From Deinococcales bacterium (lineage in GTDB: Bacteria; Deinococcota; Deinococci; Deinococcales; JAAFIG01): 64,000 nucleotides of DNA. This document shows positions 26,999 to 37,032 of this stretch, piece by piece. Positions within the stretch are counted from its first letter, which is position 1. The number at the start of each line of letters is the position of its first letter. Under the pieces are notes generated by a model, which searched no databases, was not told the DNA's origin, and saw only the letters and a program-made list of their open reading frames with translations. The stretch is from assembly GCA_043778225.1 (NCBI GenBank), contig JAYWGM010000091.1, positions 1 through 64,000 on the forward strand. Direction: 5' to 3'. The translations under genes were made by a program, and so were the position numbers.

Positions 26999-28342
26999 AT
27001 GCGAATTGCCCTCATCTCGAGCGAAGTTCATCCATACTCTAAATCCGGTGGTCTTGCCGATGTTGCCTCGAGCCTACCGATTGCTTTAGCTGCCATGGGA
27101 CACGAAGTGGTTGTGGTTTCACCGTGGTATCAAACCCTTAAAAATGTAACGCCCTATTATCTTTGGGATGTGGATGCGCCGCGTTTATCCACCAAGATGG
27201 GGGTAGCCGATACCTTAGCCCATGGGGTGCGCTGGGTCTTTGTGGGCGGCGAACTTTTTAATCGTGATTCGTATTATGGCTACGCCGATGATGTCTACCG
27301 CTTTGCACAGTTTTGCTTAGCCGTACCGCACGTGCTGCATGGACTGCATTTTTTCCCAGATAGCTACCACCTCAACGATTGGCAGACAGGTTTACTTGCG
27401 CCATTGTTGCGTTATGGCGATGTCCCAGCCGCTCAGCGCCGTGCTAAAACAGTTTTAACGATTCATAATTTGGCATTTCATGGGCGTTGGAATCTTGAAG
27501 CAGTTCGTGGCTGGACTGGTTTAACCGACTGGACAGACGGCTTAGAGTACAATAAAGATGCCAATTGCCTCAAAGCCGGCATTGCCTATTCGGATGTGGT
27601 CAGCACCGTTTCGCCGCGTTATGGCTATGAAATCACCACCGCCGAAGGTGGCTTTGGACTAGATGGAATTCTGCGCGTCCGAGGTGTGACGGGTATCCTC
27701 AACGGCATAGACACCAACTATTGGAATCCAGAAACCGATAAGCTCATCGCCAAGAATTTTAGCAGCTTAAAAGGCAAAGAGGCAGCTCGAGTAGCGCTTT
27801 GCCAAGAGCTTAAACTCGATCCAAACCGCCCAACCTTGAGTATGGTTAGCCGCTTATCGGAACAAAAAGGCTTGAGCATCATTTTTGGGGCGCTCGAGGA
27901 ATTGGCTCGAGACTGGAACATTGTGATTCTTGGCAGTGGCGAAGCTGGCGCAGAACAGGGCTTACGTTGGTTTATGGAAACTCGAGCCAACATTCACTTC
28001 TCGAATGGTTTTAATGAACCTCTGGCGCACCGAATTTATGCGGGTTCAGATGCGTTTTTAATGCCAAGTTTGTTTGAACCATGTGGCTTATCGCAAATGA
28101 TTAGTATGCGTTACGGCACGCTGCCGATTGTCAGGGCGGTTGGCGGTTTACTCGATACCGTGCCAGAATCTCGAGGCTATCCATTTTGGGATTATTCCGA
28201 CTGGGCATTGGCGGCGACGGCTCGTTATGCTTTGTCGCAGTGGCGCACAGCCGCATGGGAAGAAAAAGTTCTCGAGGCAATGGGTACAGATTTTAGCTGG
28301 GATAACGCCGCTAAAGAATACTTGGGGTTATACAGCAGATAA
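26999..28342 (+). CDS. glgA: glycogen synthase
   Basis: KSGGLADV, NDWQT, TIHNL, FEPCGLSQ. Confidence 0.95.
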   Translation: MRIALISSEVHPYSKSGGLADVASSLPIALAAMGHEVVVVSPWYQTLKNVTPYYLWDVDAPRLSTKMGVADTLAHGVRWVFVGGELFNRDSYYGYADDVYRFAQFCLAVPHVLHGLHFFPDSYHLNDWQTGLLAPLLRYGDVPAAQRRAKTVLTIHNLAFHGRWNLEAVRGWTGLTDWTDGLEYNKDANCLKAGIAYSDVVSTVSPRYGYEITTAEGGFGLDGILRVRGVTGILNGIDTNYWNPETDKLIAKNFSSLKGKEAARVALCQELKLDPNRPTLSMVSRLSEQKGLSIIFGALEELARDWNIVILGSGEAGAEQGLRWFMETRANIHFSNGFNEPLAHRIYAGSDAFLMPSLFEPCGLSQMISMRYGTLPIVRAVGGLLDTVPESRGYPFWDYSDWALAATARYALSQWRTAAWEEKVLEAMGTDFSWDNAAKEYLGLYSR

Positions 28343-28406
28343 ACGCAGTAATGCACTTTATCTCGAGCTACTGCGTACTTAGGAAATGTCGTCAAGTTTA
28401 GCATAA

Positions 28407-28446
28407 ATACTCCTTATAACTCGGAGTATGTTATATTCGGAGTATG
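28407..28446 (+). promoter_or_regulatory. putative TA autoregulatory operator
   Basis: IR ATACTCC-N9-GGAGTAT; direct repeats TTATAACTCGGAGTATG/TTATATTCGGAGTATG overlapping the start codon. Confidence 0.55.
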
Positions 28447-28854
28447 ACACTTCGCTTAAATCTTCATAAATTTCTAGAAGCCCACGCCATCAGCACTTAC
28501 CGTGTGGTCAAAGAAACAACTGGTCAACTTGCAGCCAATACTGTGTATGACCTTGCCAAGCGACCTGCACAACGAATTGACCTACAAACCATCGGACAAG
28601 TCTTGACTGCTTTGGAACGAATTACAGGTAAAACAATGACAATCAACGATCTTCTCGAGACCACATCAGACGACTTAGAAACCCCAACAGAAGCACTGCC
28701 AAATTTAACATCACTCCTCGCCAAAGCCGCCAAAACAGCAAAAACCACAAAAACCACAAAAACCCAAGGTAAACCCATTGGCTCAAACCAGCCAACGCGC
28801 ATTCGTGGAACAGGTCCAAGTATTGTCGAAATAATTCGTGATGGTCGGCGATGA
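28444..28854 (+). CDS. Cro/C1 HTH antitoxin
   Basis: N-terminal HTH_26-like domain, low-complexity linker, C-terminal SIVEII.DGR; ATGA overlap. Confidence 0.7.
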   Translation: MTLRLNLHKFLEAHAISTYRVVKETTGQLAANTVYDLAKRPAQRIDLQTIGQVLTALERITGKTMTINDLLETTSDDLETPTEALPNLTSLLAKAAKTAKTTKTTKTQGKPIGSNQPTRIRGTGPSIVEIIRDGRR

Positions 28855-29285
28855 AACTCTACATTGACAGCAACGCATTGGTAGCCCTGTATGCAAACGA
28901 TAACCCAAACGATGCCATACTCACCAAGCAAGCCATCGTCCAAGCCAACCAAATCGTCTCCAGCCCAATTACATACAGCGAAGTTCGGGCTGCCTTTCGA
29001 GCCTTACGACACAACAAACGAATCAGTAAACGCGAATACGAACAAGCGATTCATGACTTTGACCAAGATTGGGCTACGATTCAAACCCTAGATGTCAATC
29101 AATCTTTGGCATTACTGGCGGGTGCGCTTGCCGACGCACATTTACTCAAAGGCTGCGATGCAATTCATGTTGCCACTGCCATGACATTTCAGATATTAAC
29201 CAACGAATTACAATTCTTAACTTTTGACCTTCAACTCGAGAAACGCATTGCAAGCTCGAGCATCGTACCGTTGTGGAAGCCCTGA
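28851..29285 (+). CDS. VapC PIN toxin
   Basis: YIDSNAL, E, DAIHVATA, TFD. Confidence 0.88.
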   Translation: MKLYIDSNALVALYANDNPNDAILTKQAIVQANQIVSSPITYSEVRAAFRALRHNKRISKREYEQAIHDFDQDWATIQTLDVNQSLALLAGALADAHLLKGCDAIHVATAMTFQILTNELQFLTFDLQLEKRIASSSIVPLWKP

Positions 29286-29546
29286 CTTTTATGGGCGCTC
29301 AATTACGACCACATCTGGAGCATAAGCAGCAACACGAAGCAAAGCTCGAGCCGCGCCATTTGGTTGGTTGGCTGCGTCCTTGTTCTCAATTTTCTAAAGT
29401 GCGGACACTCACGCCAATCATTTTAGCAAATTTAGGTCGGCTCACTCCAAGTTGCTGACAGGTTTGCATGGCATTTTCAACCACTTCTATTTTTGTTACT
29501 CGAGTAGCGGCTTAAACTTGTGGCTCGAGCAGGGGCAGATAGAATA

Positions 29547-29581
29547 AAAACTCGAGCCTCCAATTAAAGAGGCTCGAGTTC
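29547..29581 (-). terminator. terminator whose stem contains two CTCGAG sites
   Basis: AACTCGAGCCTC-N8-GAGGCTCGAGTT. Confidence 0.75.
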
Positions 29582-29593
29582 AGCGACTTGGGC

Positions 29594-31417
29594 TTAGTTG
29601 GTACGGAATTCAAAATTGGTTGGATTGATGTTGAACACACCTGCACGAATAAAGTCTGGGTTGGTCAGCGCAGCATCTGTGTAGAAATTGCGTTGGATAC
29701 CACGTCCATCAAGAACTTTGTCGGCTACATTGGTGACATTGGCTTCACGAACACACAATGAATTCAAAGCAAAATTGGTGTATGGGGTATTAAAGCCAAT
29801 ACGGGCTGGTTCGTTGGTGTCTGGCAAAGTCACACGTTGGTCATCCGAGCTGCCCAACCATAACGCACCTGCACCTGTGTAACCAGCAATGTAATTGTTC
29901 AAGAAGTTATTACCTTCGGAACAACCTGTGTTTTGTACCACGGCAACACGGAATTCTGGGATAACATTTCCACCCGGTGCGCGGAATGGTGAAGCTGGTG
30001 GTAGTACCAAAATACCGTTAGGTTGTTCTGTACCGCTAATACTTGGTTTATTTAAGGCAATGCCCCCAGCACCTGTGGTGTCAATCACTTCTGACCAGGC
30101 AACTGTACCTTTACCCGCCACTGTTCCAAGTGAGCTTGCACGGTACTTCAAGCCCGATGGCGCACCATAATTTTCGATGTCCAAATCCCAATTGGTAACC
30201 GAGCCAGAATTGGTAATGGTTTTTTGGGTCAGAGGGAAATATGCGGTGCGAAGACCGAGTGCAAGTGTTGGAGCAAGTTTTGAGACTTTACCGACAGGGA
30301 TGTTGTATTCAACACGCAACCATGCAGTTACTGTAGATTGAACAATGCCTGACGGGAAGGTCGCAGTACCTGTTAAGGTGGTTGAATTCGCTGTTGCAAC
30401 ACTCAGTTTACCACCGGGCAGTGCGTCTACATCGGAGTTAAGTTTGGTGAGAGAATTTGGGAAAATTGGCACGTTAGCGCGAACACCCTTAGCAACAATT
30501 GTACCACCGGCATTGCGTTCAACATAAACCACAGTGCCAATCAGGTCGTTGTAGCACATATCTAAGTCAAATGGTACAGCAATATTGAAAACACTTGAAC
30601 CAGCAGGCAAGGTCAAGGTAGCGAAGGACTCGGTAGGACGGTAATTAATACCAGGAGCAATGTAAACCACTTGACCAGTATTGTTTAATCCCACAGGCTG
30701 ACTAAGCTCAACTCGCAATTGACCATTGGCTGGGGCTGGAGTGCATTCGTTTTGAAATCCTGGAGGCGTAGCAAGTGCAAACGCATTTTTACGCACCACA
30801 ACAATCGGGTTGGTAATGGTTACTTTATCGTTTGAAAGTGGCACAATACCTGTTCCCAAAGCTGGGATTGCCGACAATTGGTACGGTGTAACAACGTTCT
30901 GAACTGTAAATTTACCATCTGGGTCTGAAGCACTGTTACGGATGTTACCGCCAGCATCCACGATGGTGATGTTCACACCGCCTTCTGGTTTACCGCTCCA
31001 TTTAAGTACCGTACCGTTTACGGTTACGCCTGAAGCGGCGGTTGGATTGACATTGACCACTGTGTTACCAGTTACGGCTGGAGTCACCCCTTGCAAAGTT
31101 CCAGTAATCGTTACTGGTAATTGTGCGCTGACTGTAACCGGTGGTGTGTAATTAACTGTTGCTGAACCAGCAACAATTGGACTGGTACTGACCGACAATG
31201 TGCCCGTGGTAGCACTTGAAGGTGGGTTCATTGTCCACTGAACCGTACCTGTGGTGCTAGTGGGGGTAAATGCCGCCGTGAATGTAGCTGCCGCAGCACC
31301 GTTTTGCAATGATGCTGGTCCTGTGACCAGAACTGTTACAACTGGTGTTGGTCCACCACCACAAGCAACCAGTGTTGCCAATCCGAACGCTAATAATCCG
31401 AAAATCTTACTTTTCAT
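29594..31417 (-). CDS. large T/V/G/P/N-rich lipoprotein with Ig-like domains, S-layer-like
   Basis: Lipobox LVAC; carboxypeptidase-regulatory-like segment; strong RBS and own terminator. Confidence 0.65.
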   Translation of the reverse strand: MKSKIFGLLAFGLATLVACGGGPTPVVTVLVTGPASLQNGAAAATFTAAFTPTSTTGTVQWTMNPPSSATTGTLSVSTSPIVAGSATVNYTPPVTVSAQLPVTITGTLQGVTPAVTGNTVVNVNPTAASGVTVNGTVLKWSGKPEGGVNITIVDAGGNIRNSASDPDGKFTVQNVVTPYQLSAIPALGTGIVPLSNDKVTITNPIVVVRKNAFALATPPGFQNECTPAPANGQLRVELSQPVGLNNTGQVVYIAPGINYRPTESFATLTLPAGSSVFNIAVPFDLDMCYNDLIGTVVYVERNAGGTIVAKGVRANVPIFPNSLTKLNSDVDALPGGKLSVATANSTTLTGTATFPSGIVQSTVTAWLRVEYNIPVGKVSKLAPTLALGLRTAYFPLTQKTITNSGSVTNWDLDIENYGAPSGLKYRASSLGTVAGKGTVAWSEVIDTTGAGGIALNKPSISGTEQPNGILVLPPASPFRAPGGNVIPEFRVAVVQNTGCSEGNNFLNNYIAGYTGAGALWLGSSDDQRVTLPDTNEPARIGFNTPYTNFALNSLCVREANVTNVADKVLDGRGIQRNFYTDAALTNPDFIRAGVFNINPTNFEFRTN

Positions 31418-31755
31418 GAACGCCTCCTAGTGTTCTATGAGAAAACTTACAAAAAACTTACAAAACTTTACGCGGTAAGACACACGTTTAATGCCTCGAG
31501 AGTAGTATACACAGCTTTACCAAAAAAGTGCTGTGATGTATTTTACTTCTGTATACAACGATGTCTTTGGTAATATGAAAGATTGGCATCTATCTACAGT
31601 AGGGGTATTTTCGAGTCAAAATCGTGGTTTTCTCATGTGCAAATATCACAGCAAGTTAGCAGTACAAGCCACATTCTCGAGCCACAGCACCTAGCTTTTT
31701 GATGGTTGTGTTTTACCAAAAAACCTTAGATACTCGAGTCTAGGAGGCTCTAAAA

Positions 31756-32301
31756 ATGCGTTTATACAATGTTTTGTTTGTGCTGTTGCTGTTGGTCGTG
31801 ATTGTTTTTGCCTTTGCCAATGCCAATACGCTCTTGCGTCCAACCACCGTGATGATTCCTTTTGTTGGCTTGCAGTCGGTACAAATGCGCTTACTGGGCT
31901 GTGTGGCGCTGATTGTGGTCTCGGGGGTTTACAGTGTGTTGTGGTATTTCTCGAGTACCCGCCAACGTGCCAAAAGTGCCGATTACCTGACCAAGCTCGA
32001 GGAAACGCGGCGCAACCTCGACGAAAAAGAGGCGGGTCGTTTTGCCCAGCTACAAGCCCAACTTGAAAACGCCACCCAAGCTATTTTGGCAAAGGTTAGC
32101 GGTGCTGTGCCATCCCCAAAGCGCGGTTTTTTCTCGAGCTTGACCCAAAAAGAAGCTATTATACCAGCGCTCCCTAGCAGCAATTCAGAAGATTTGATGG
32201 TGCGTATCGAAAAAGTCCGCGACGAATTGGCTGCTGATATTGCCAGTTCAGAGCATGAAATTTTGCAAGCCATCGAAACCCTCAAAGACCGTCGTTCGTA
32301 A
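31756..32301 (+). CDS. LapA-like membrane protein with coiled coil
   Basis: Two N-terminal TM (FAFAN), helical C-terminus. Confidence 0.55.
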   Translation: MRLYNVLFVLLLLVVIVFAFANANTLLRPTTVMIPFVGLQSVQMRLLGCVALIVVSGVYSVLWYFSSTRQRAKSADYLTKLEETRRNLDEKEAGRFAQLQAQLENATQAILAKVSGAVPSPKRGFFSSLTQKEAIIPALPSSNSEDLMVRIEKVRDELAADIASSEHEILQAIETLKDRRS

Positions 32302-32957
32302 TGCTAGACTGCCCCATGCCTCATCGTCATGTCCCGACCAATGCTGCACAGGCTTTTTTTTCTTGGCTCATGGGTCTGTTTGGTTGGAAAGCGATTCTCG
32401 AGCCACCAAGCGCCAAAAAATACATTGTGGTCGGCTATCCGCACACCAGCAATTGGGATTTTGTGCCAGCCATCGCTTGGATTTGGAGTACCGGACTCCA
32501 TGGCAGTTTTGTGGGCAAAGCCGAATTATTTAAGGGCATCATGAAACCGATCATGACGTGGCTGGGTGGCATTCCAGTAGACCGCGATAAGGGGACAAAT
32601 TTTGTCCAGAAAGTCGCGGCTATTTTTGCGGCTCGAGACGAGCTTTTTTTGATTATTGCCGCCGAAGGAAGCCGCTCTAAAGCCGAGTATTGGAAAAGTG
32701 GCTTTTACTACATGGCACTCGAGGCAAACGTGCCACTGGCTTTGGCGTACATGGATTGGAAACGCAAAGAAATAGGCATTGGGGCGTACTTTATGCCAAC
32801 TGGCAACCTCGAAGCTGATTTTTTAGCGATTCAAGGATTTTTTGCCGACGTGACTGGGCGCGACCCGAGTAAGCAAAGCCCAATTCGCTTAAAGCCCAAA
32901 GAAGCTGCGTCTGAGCAAGCGCCCAAAGAAGCGCCACTCGAGCCACCTATCCCTTAA
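32301..32957 (+). CDS. PlsC-family acyltransferase
   Basis: PHTSNWD, GKAELF, AEGSR. Confidence 0.9.
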   Translation: MLDCPMPHRHVPTNAAQAFFSWLMGLFGWKAILEPPSAKKYIVVGYPHTSNWDFVPAIAWIWSTGLHGSFVGKAELFKGIMKPIMTWLGGIPVDRDKGTNFVQKVAAIFAARDELFLIIAAEGSRSKAEYWKSGFYYMALEANVPLALAYMDWKRKEIGIGAYFMPTGNLEADFLAIQGFFADVTGRDPSKQSPIRLKPKEAASEQAPKEAPLEPPIP

Positions 32958-32991
32958 TTTTCCTCATTGGGAGCGGTTATACTTCGCGCCG

Positions 32992-33750
32992 ATGCTCCAG
33001 AATGTGCTTGCTGCCAGTGCGATTTTATTTAGTGTTTCCGACCCCGCCAACGATGCGCTGGGCGATGGTGGCTATACCTTACCTGTGGCAAAGCGCGATG
33101 TGGCACAACTGGATATTCGCACTTTTACGGCGCTAGATGTGAATGGCAAACTCGAGTTACGGCTCAATATGGGGCGGATTCAAAACCCAGACAAAGCCCC
33201 AAATGGTTTCTCGAGTCCAGTCGTGGATGTTTTTATTGGCACCGGACGCGGTGGCATAACCGACCTCGGTGGCAGTGGTTTTTCGACCCGCCCCAATAGT
33301 GGTTGGTACTATTGGATTCGGGCAACCCCGTGGGCAGTGACAATCAAACGCGACCCCAATGCCGACTTGGTACAACTGCCAAAATCCAGAACTGCCAAAG
33401 TGCTAACCCAAAGCTCGAGTCTGGTGATTAAAACCGATATTCCAGCCCAAGCCTACACTTACTATGCCATTTCGAGCTTATACGACAGCTTAACGCCGTC
33501 TGGAGTTGCCCAGCCGCAATTTGAAGCCTCGCCCTTAAAATTGGTTTCGCCGCTCGAGAATGCCCCAACCGCCTTAGACATTTTGTTTGAAAATCGCCAG
33601 ATTCTGCTTTGGGCAACCCGAGAAGTGCCGCCACTAAACGAACCACAATTGGGTATTAACCCCTTGGTATTTACTGGCTTAGCAGGTTTGGTATTGGTGC
33701 TGGTCACGACCATTTGGGGTTTATTTAATCCTCGGCGAAATACTTTTTAA
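32992..33750 (+). CDS. glucodextranase DOMON-like domain membrane protein
   Basis: DP.ND.LGDGGY.LP, NP..APNGFS...DVFI; C-terminal TM. Confidence 0.7.
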   Translation: MLQNVLAASAILFSVSDPANDALGDGGYTLPVAKRDVAQLDIRTFTALDVNGKLELRLNMGRIQNPDKAPNGFSSPVVDVFIGTGRGGITDLGGSGFSTRPNSGWYYWIRATPWAVTIKRDPNADLVQLPKSRTAKVLTQSSSLVIKTDIPAQAYTYYAISSLYDSLTPSGVAQPQFEASPLKLVSPLENAPTALDILFENRQILLWATREVPPLNEPQLGINPLVFTGLAGLVLVLVTTIWGLFNPRRNTF

Positions 33751-34690
33751 GTTGCTCGAGCAATCGTGATTCGGCTGGCTGAGTGGCTGGGACAAATTCT
33801 AGTCCCGTAATTTGTTCATAAGCACTGATGTACCGTGCCGCAACCTCGGCAATAAATTCTGGCGGCATGACTGGTGGTGTACCATCACCATTGTAGCCAC
33901 GGGCGTTAAACCACAAGCGCAAAAATTCTTTGTCAATGCTGTGTGGGTTGGCTTGGTCGGCTTGGTAACTGGCAAAAGTCCAGTAGCGGCTCGAGTCTGG
34001 GGTATGAAGCTCGTCTATTAAGACCAACTGATTGCCGATTGTGCCAAATTCGTACTTGGTGTCCACCAAAATTAAACCGCGCTCGAGTGCCAACGCCTGT
34101 CCTCGAGCAAACAAAGCCAAGGCTGCTTGTTCGATTTCTGCCCAAAGTTGTGGGCTAACTAAGCCACGCTCGAGAATCTGTTGCTTGGTGATTTGCTCGT
34201 CGTGACCACCTAACTCGGCTTTGGTGGTTGGTGTAATGATTGGCTTGGGTAGGACGGCGTTTTTCTCGAGACCAGTGGGCAGTGTAAAACCATACGCATC
34301 TCGTATACCCTTGTTGTAAAGCGTCCAGAGGCTGGTTTTGGTGCTACCAGTTAAATAGCCACGCACCACAATCTCGATTGGCAGAGGCTTAGCTTCTTTG
34401 GCAAGCATCGCATTTTCGTCTGGGACAGCCAATACATGATTCGGCACAATATCGGCGGTTTTTTCAAACCACCAAGCTGATAACTGATTCAGCACCTGTC
34501 CTTTGTAGGGTATTGCACCTAGCACCACATCGAAAGCACTGATTCGGTCGGTCGTGACCAACAAACGCTCACCAGAGGAGAGCAAAACCATCTCGCGGAC
34601 TTTGCCATGGGTTTGTTGTCCAAAAGCAGCTAAATCAAGGCTCGAGAGGACACTGGGAATGGCGGCAATTAAATCGCTATGAGGAATCAT
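33725..34690 (-). CDS. purC: SAICAR synthase
   Basis: GKVRE, TDRISAFD, DTKYEFG, DELHTPDSSRYW. Confidence 0.96.
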   Translation of the reverse strand: MIPHSDLIAAIPSVLSSLDLAAFGQQTHGKVREMVLLSSGERLLVTTDRISAFDVVLGAIPYKGQVLNQLSAWWFEKTADIVPNHVLAVPDENAMLAKEAKPLPIEIVVRGYLTGSTKTSLWTLYNKGIRDAYGFTLPTGLEKNAVLPKPIITPTTKAELGGHDEQITKQQILERGLVSPQLWAEIEQAALALFARGQALALERGLILVDTKYEFGTIGNQLVLIDELHTPDSSRYWTFASYQADQANPHSIDKEFLRLWFNARGYNGDGTPPVMPPEFIAEVAARYISAYEQITGLEFVPATQPAESRLLEQLKKYFAED

Positions 34691-35562
34691 TCGCGCCCCA
34701 ATTCTAAACCCGCCCAGGTCTCGAGCATCTGGGCGGCAGCCACATGGTCTACATCCCCAAGTTGACGCAGGGCAATCTCGAGCAGGTTTTCGGTTAAACC
34801 AACAATCGGCGCTGGGATGCCTTGTTCGCGCAAATTCTGGGCAGCAATTCGCACATCCTTGGTCATCAGGGCAAGCGCAAAGGTGTTGGGGAATGCCCGA
34901 CCCAAGACGCGCTCGGGGAATAAATTCTGCGAAACATTGCTGCGCCCAGAACTGGCGTTAATCACATCCAAAGCCGCCCGACTGCTGACCCCCTGTTTCT
35001 CGAGTCCAAGCAGCACTTCGGTCAATGCCAGAATGTTGACTCCCAAGAGCGCTTGATTCGCCGCCTTGACCCCCATCCCAGCACCACTTGCGCCGACATG
35101 AACGATTTTTGCGGCAAAAGTCTCGAGGGCTGGACGGGCGCGTTCAAGGACTTCGGCTGCGCCACCAATCATGGTCGTCAGTTGTCCAGCCACCGCCCCC
35201 CTGACCCCGCCAGAGACTGGGGCATCCAAAAAGTGCATTTGGCGTTGCTCGAGTGTGGCGCTCAAGGTTCGAGCGCTGGCAGGGTCGCCACTGGTGCAGT
35301 CTATCCAGATAAAACCAGCTTTGGCACGTTCTAGGATTCGCGGCGCAATGGCTAAAACTTCTTGGCTGGTTGGAAAACAGGTAAAGAGCAAATCGGCGCT
35401 GGCGGCATCCTCGGGTAGTTGCGCCAAACTCGAGCCAAATTCTGCCACGTGGCGTTCGGCTTTCTCGAGGTTGCGTGTCCAAACGGTGGTTGAAAAAACT
35501 TTGGACAGATGCCCAGCCATCGGGTAGCCCATCAGACCTAAACCAAGAAAAGCGATTTTCAT
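34687..35562 (-). CDS. NAD(P)-dependent beta-hydroxyacid dehydrogenase
   Basis: GLGLMGYPMA, DAPVSGG, KAANQ. Confidence 0.92.
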   Translation of the reverse strand: MKIAFLGLGLMGYPMAGHLSKVFSTTVWTRNLEKAERHVAEFGSSLAQLPEDAASADLLFTCFPTSQEVLAIAPRILERAKAGFIWIDCTSGDPASARTLSATLEQRQMHFLDAPVSGGVRGAVAGQLTTMIGGAAEVLERARPALETFAAKIVHVGASGAGMGVKAANQALLGVNILALTEVLLGLEKQGVSSRAALDVINASSGRSNVSQNLFPERVLGRAFPNTFALALMTKDVRIAAQNLREQGIPAPIVGLTENLLEIALRQLGDVDHVAAAQMLETWAGLELGRE

Positions 35563-35571
35563 GGCGTTATT

Positions 35572-35838
35572 CTATGCCACCAAGTCTGGGTGTTGTAAAA
35601 GCATCTCGAGTTCGTATCTTGAAATCTGCTGCACCGCCAGCAATGTTTTGCCAAGGCGCGGGGCTTGTGTTTCGGTCAGGCACAATTGAATGGTGTTTGA
35701 TTCGAGGTGTTTAAGCTCGAGCGTCAGGGTTGTGGAAAATTTTATTTTGAAGTCAGACACAGTAAAATCCTTTGGGCGCAATGCACCAAGGGCAGACTCT
35801 AGCACAAGTTTTTGGATAGCCAAGTGAAAAATGACCAA
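35572..35838 (-). CDS. small hypothetical protein (start uncertain)
   Basis: Open frame filling the gap, ending 9 nt before the next start. Confidence 0.4.
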   Translation of the reverse strand: MVIFHLAIQKLVLESALGALRPKDFTVSDFKIKFSTTLTLELKHLESNTIQLCLTETQAPRLGKTLLAVQQISRYELEMLLQHPDLVA

Positions 35839-35862
35839 ACACGAAAAAGTTAGAATACCCAC

Positions 35863-37017
35863 ATGACCCATTTTGATGTGATTGTGGTTGGGGCTGGTGC
35901 AGCCGGCAGCAGCAGTGCTTTGGCATTGGCGCAGCGCGGTAAAAAAGTCTTGCTGCTCGAGCAATTCAGTGTGCCACACGAGCGCGGCTCGAGCCACGGG
36001 CATTCGCGTATTTTTCGCTTTGCTTACGACGACCCCGATTATGCACGGCTCGCCGTGCAGTCCCTAGCGGCATGGCGCAGTCTCGAGGCAGAGACGAACC
36101 AAAGTGTGCTGGATTTATTTGGCGGTCTGGACATCGGAGCGGCTGGCAATGCCAGTTTAGAACGCACCGCCACAGCAATGTCCGAAGTTGGGGCAAAGTT
36201 TGAACGGCTCAACTCGAGGGCGTTACGGCAGCGATTTGGGCAGTGGTCTGTACCGAGCGATTATGTGGGTTTGTACAGTCCAGATGCTGGAATTGTGATG
36301 CCTTCTAAAGCGGTTGAACTGATGGTGGCGGTTGCCCGAAGTCTGGGCGTGACTTTACTCGAGCAGACCCAAGTTCTAAGCATCAATCTCGAGCAGAACA
36401 GTCTTAAAACCAACAACGGCGAATTTTGGGCAAACCAAATTGTGATTGCAGCAGGGGCATGGTTGCCCAAACTTGTGCCAGCCCTTGCACCAAAACTCGA
36501 GGTCACACTCGAGAACACGATGTACTTTGCGCCAAAAAATTTAGCTGCCTTTATGCCGCCAGACTTTCCGATTTTTATTGACCACAACAGCTTGGTCTAT
36601 GGTTTTCCAGTGCAGGGTTTACCGGGCGTTAAACTTGGCTTTCATCAAAGCGGCGCAAGCACAGACCCAGATACTCGAGGCTTTGAAGTGCCACAAAGCA
36701 CCATAGACCAAACTTACGCTTGGCTCGAGGCACACTTGCCTAATCAAAACTGGCGTTTAATTCAGGCACGGACGTGTTTATACACCAACACCCCAAGCCA
36801 TGATTTTATTTTGGATACCCACCCAGACTCGAGCCGTGTGCTTTTGGTCAGCCCGTGTTCGGGGCATGGTTTTAAGTTTGCGGCATACATTGGGCAAATT
36901 GTGGCAGACAAGCTGATGGGCATTGCTAATCCGTTTGACTTGGCGCGTTTTCGGCTTGCTTCGGCACTACAAACGGGAACTGCTAAACTGCTGTCTCGAG
37001 CCATTCTTGAAACTTGA
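35863..37017 (+). CDS. solA: N-methyltryptophan/sarcosine oxidase family
   Basis: GAGAAG, GSSHGHSRIFR, C.YT.TP, GHGFKF. Confidence 0.88.
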   Translation: MTHFDVIVVGAGAAGSSSALALAQRGKKVLLLEQFSVPHERGSSHGHSRIFRFAYDDPDYARLAVQSLAAWRSLEAETNQSVLDLFGGLDIGAAGNASLERTATAMSEVGAKFERLNSRALRQRFGQWSVPSDYVGLYSPDAGIVMPSKAVELMVAVARSLGVTLLEQTQVLSINLEQNSLKTNNGEFWANQIVIAAGAWLPKLVPALAPKLEVTLENTMYFAPKNLAAFMPPDFPIFIDHNSLVYGFPVQGLPGVKLGFHQSGASTDPDTRGFEVPQSTIDQTYAWLEAHLPNQNWRLIQARTCLYTNTPSHDFILDTHPDSSRVLLVSPCSGHGFKFAAYIGQIVADKLMGIANPFDLARFRLASALQTGTAKLLSRAILET

Positions 37018-37032
37018 AGTAGACTAAGCCGC

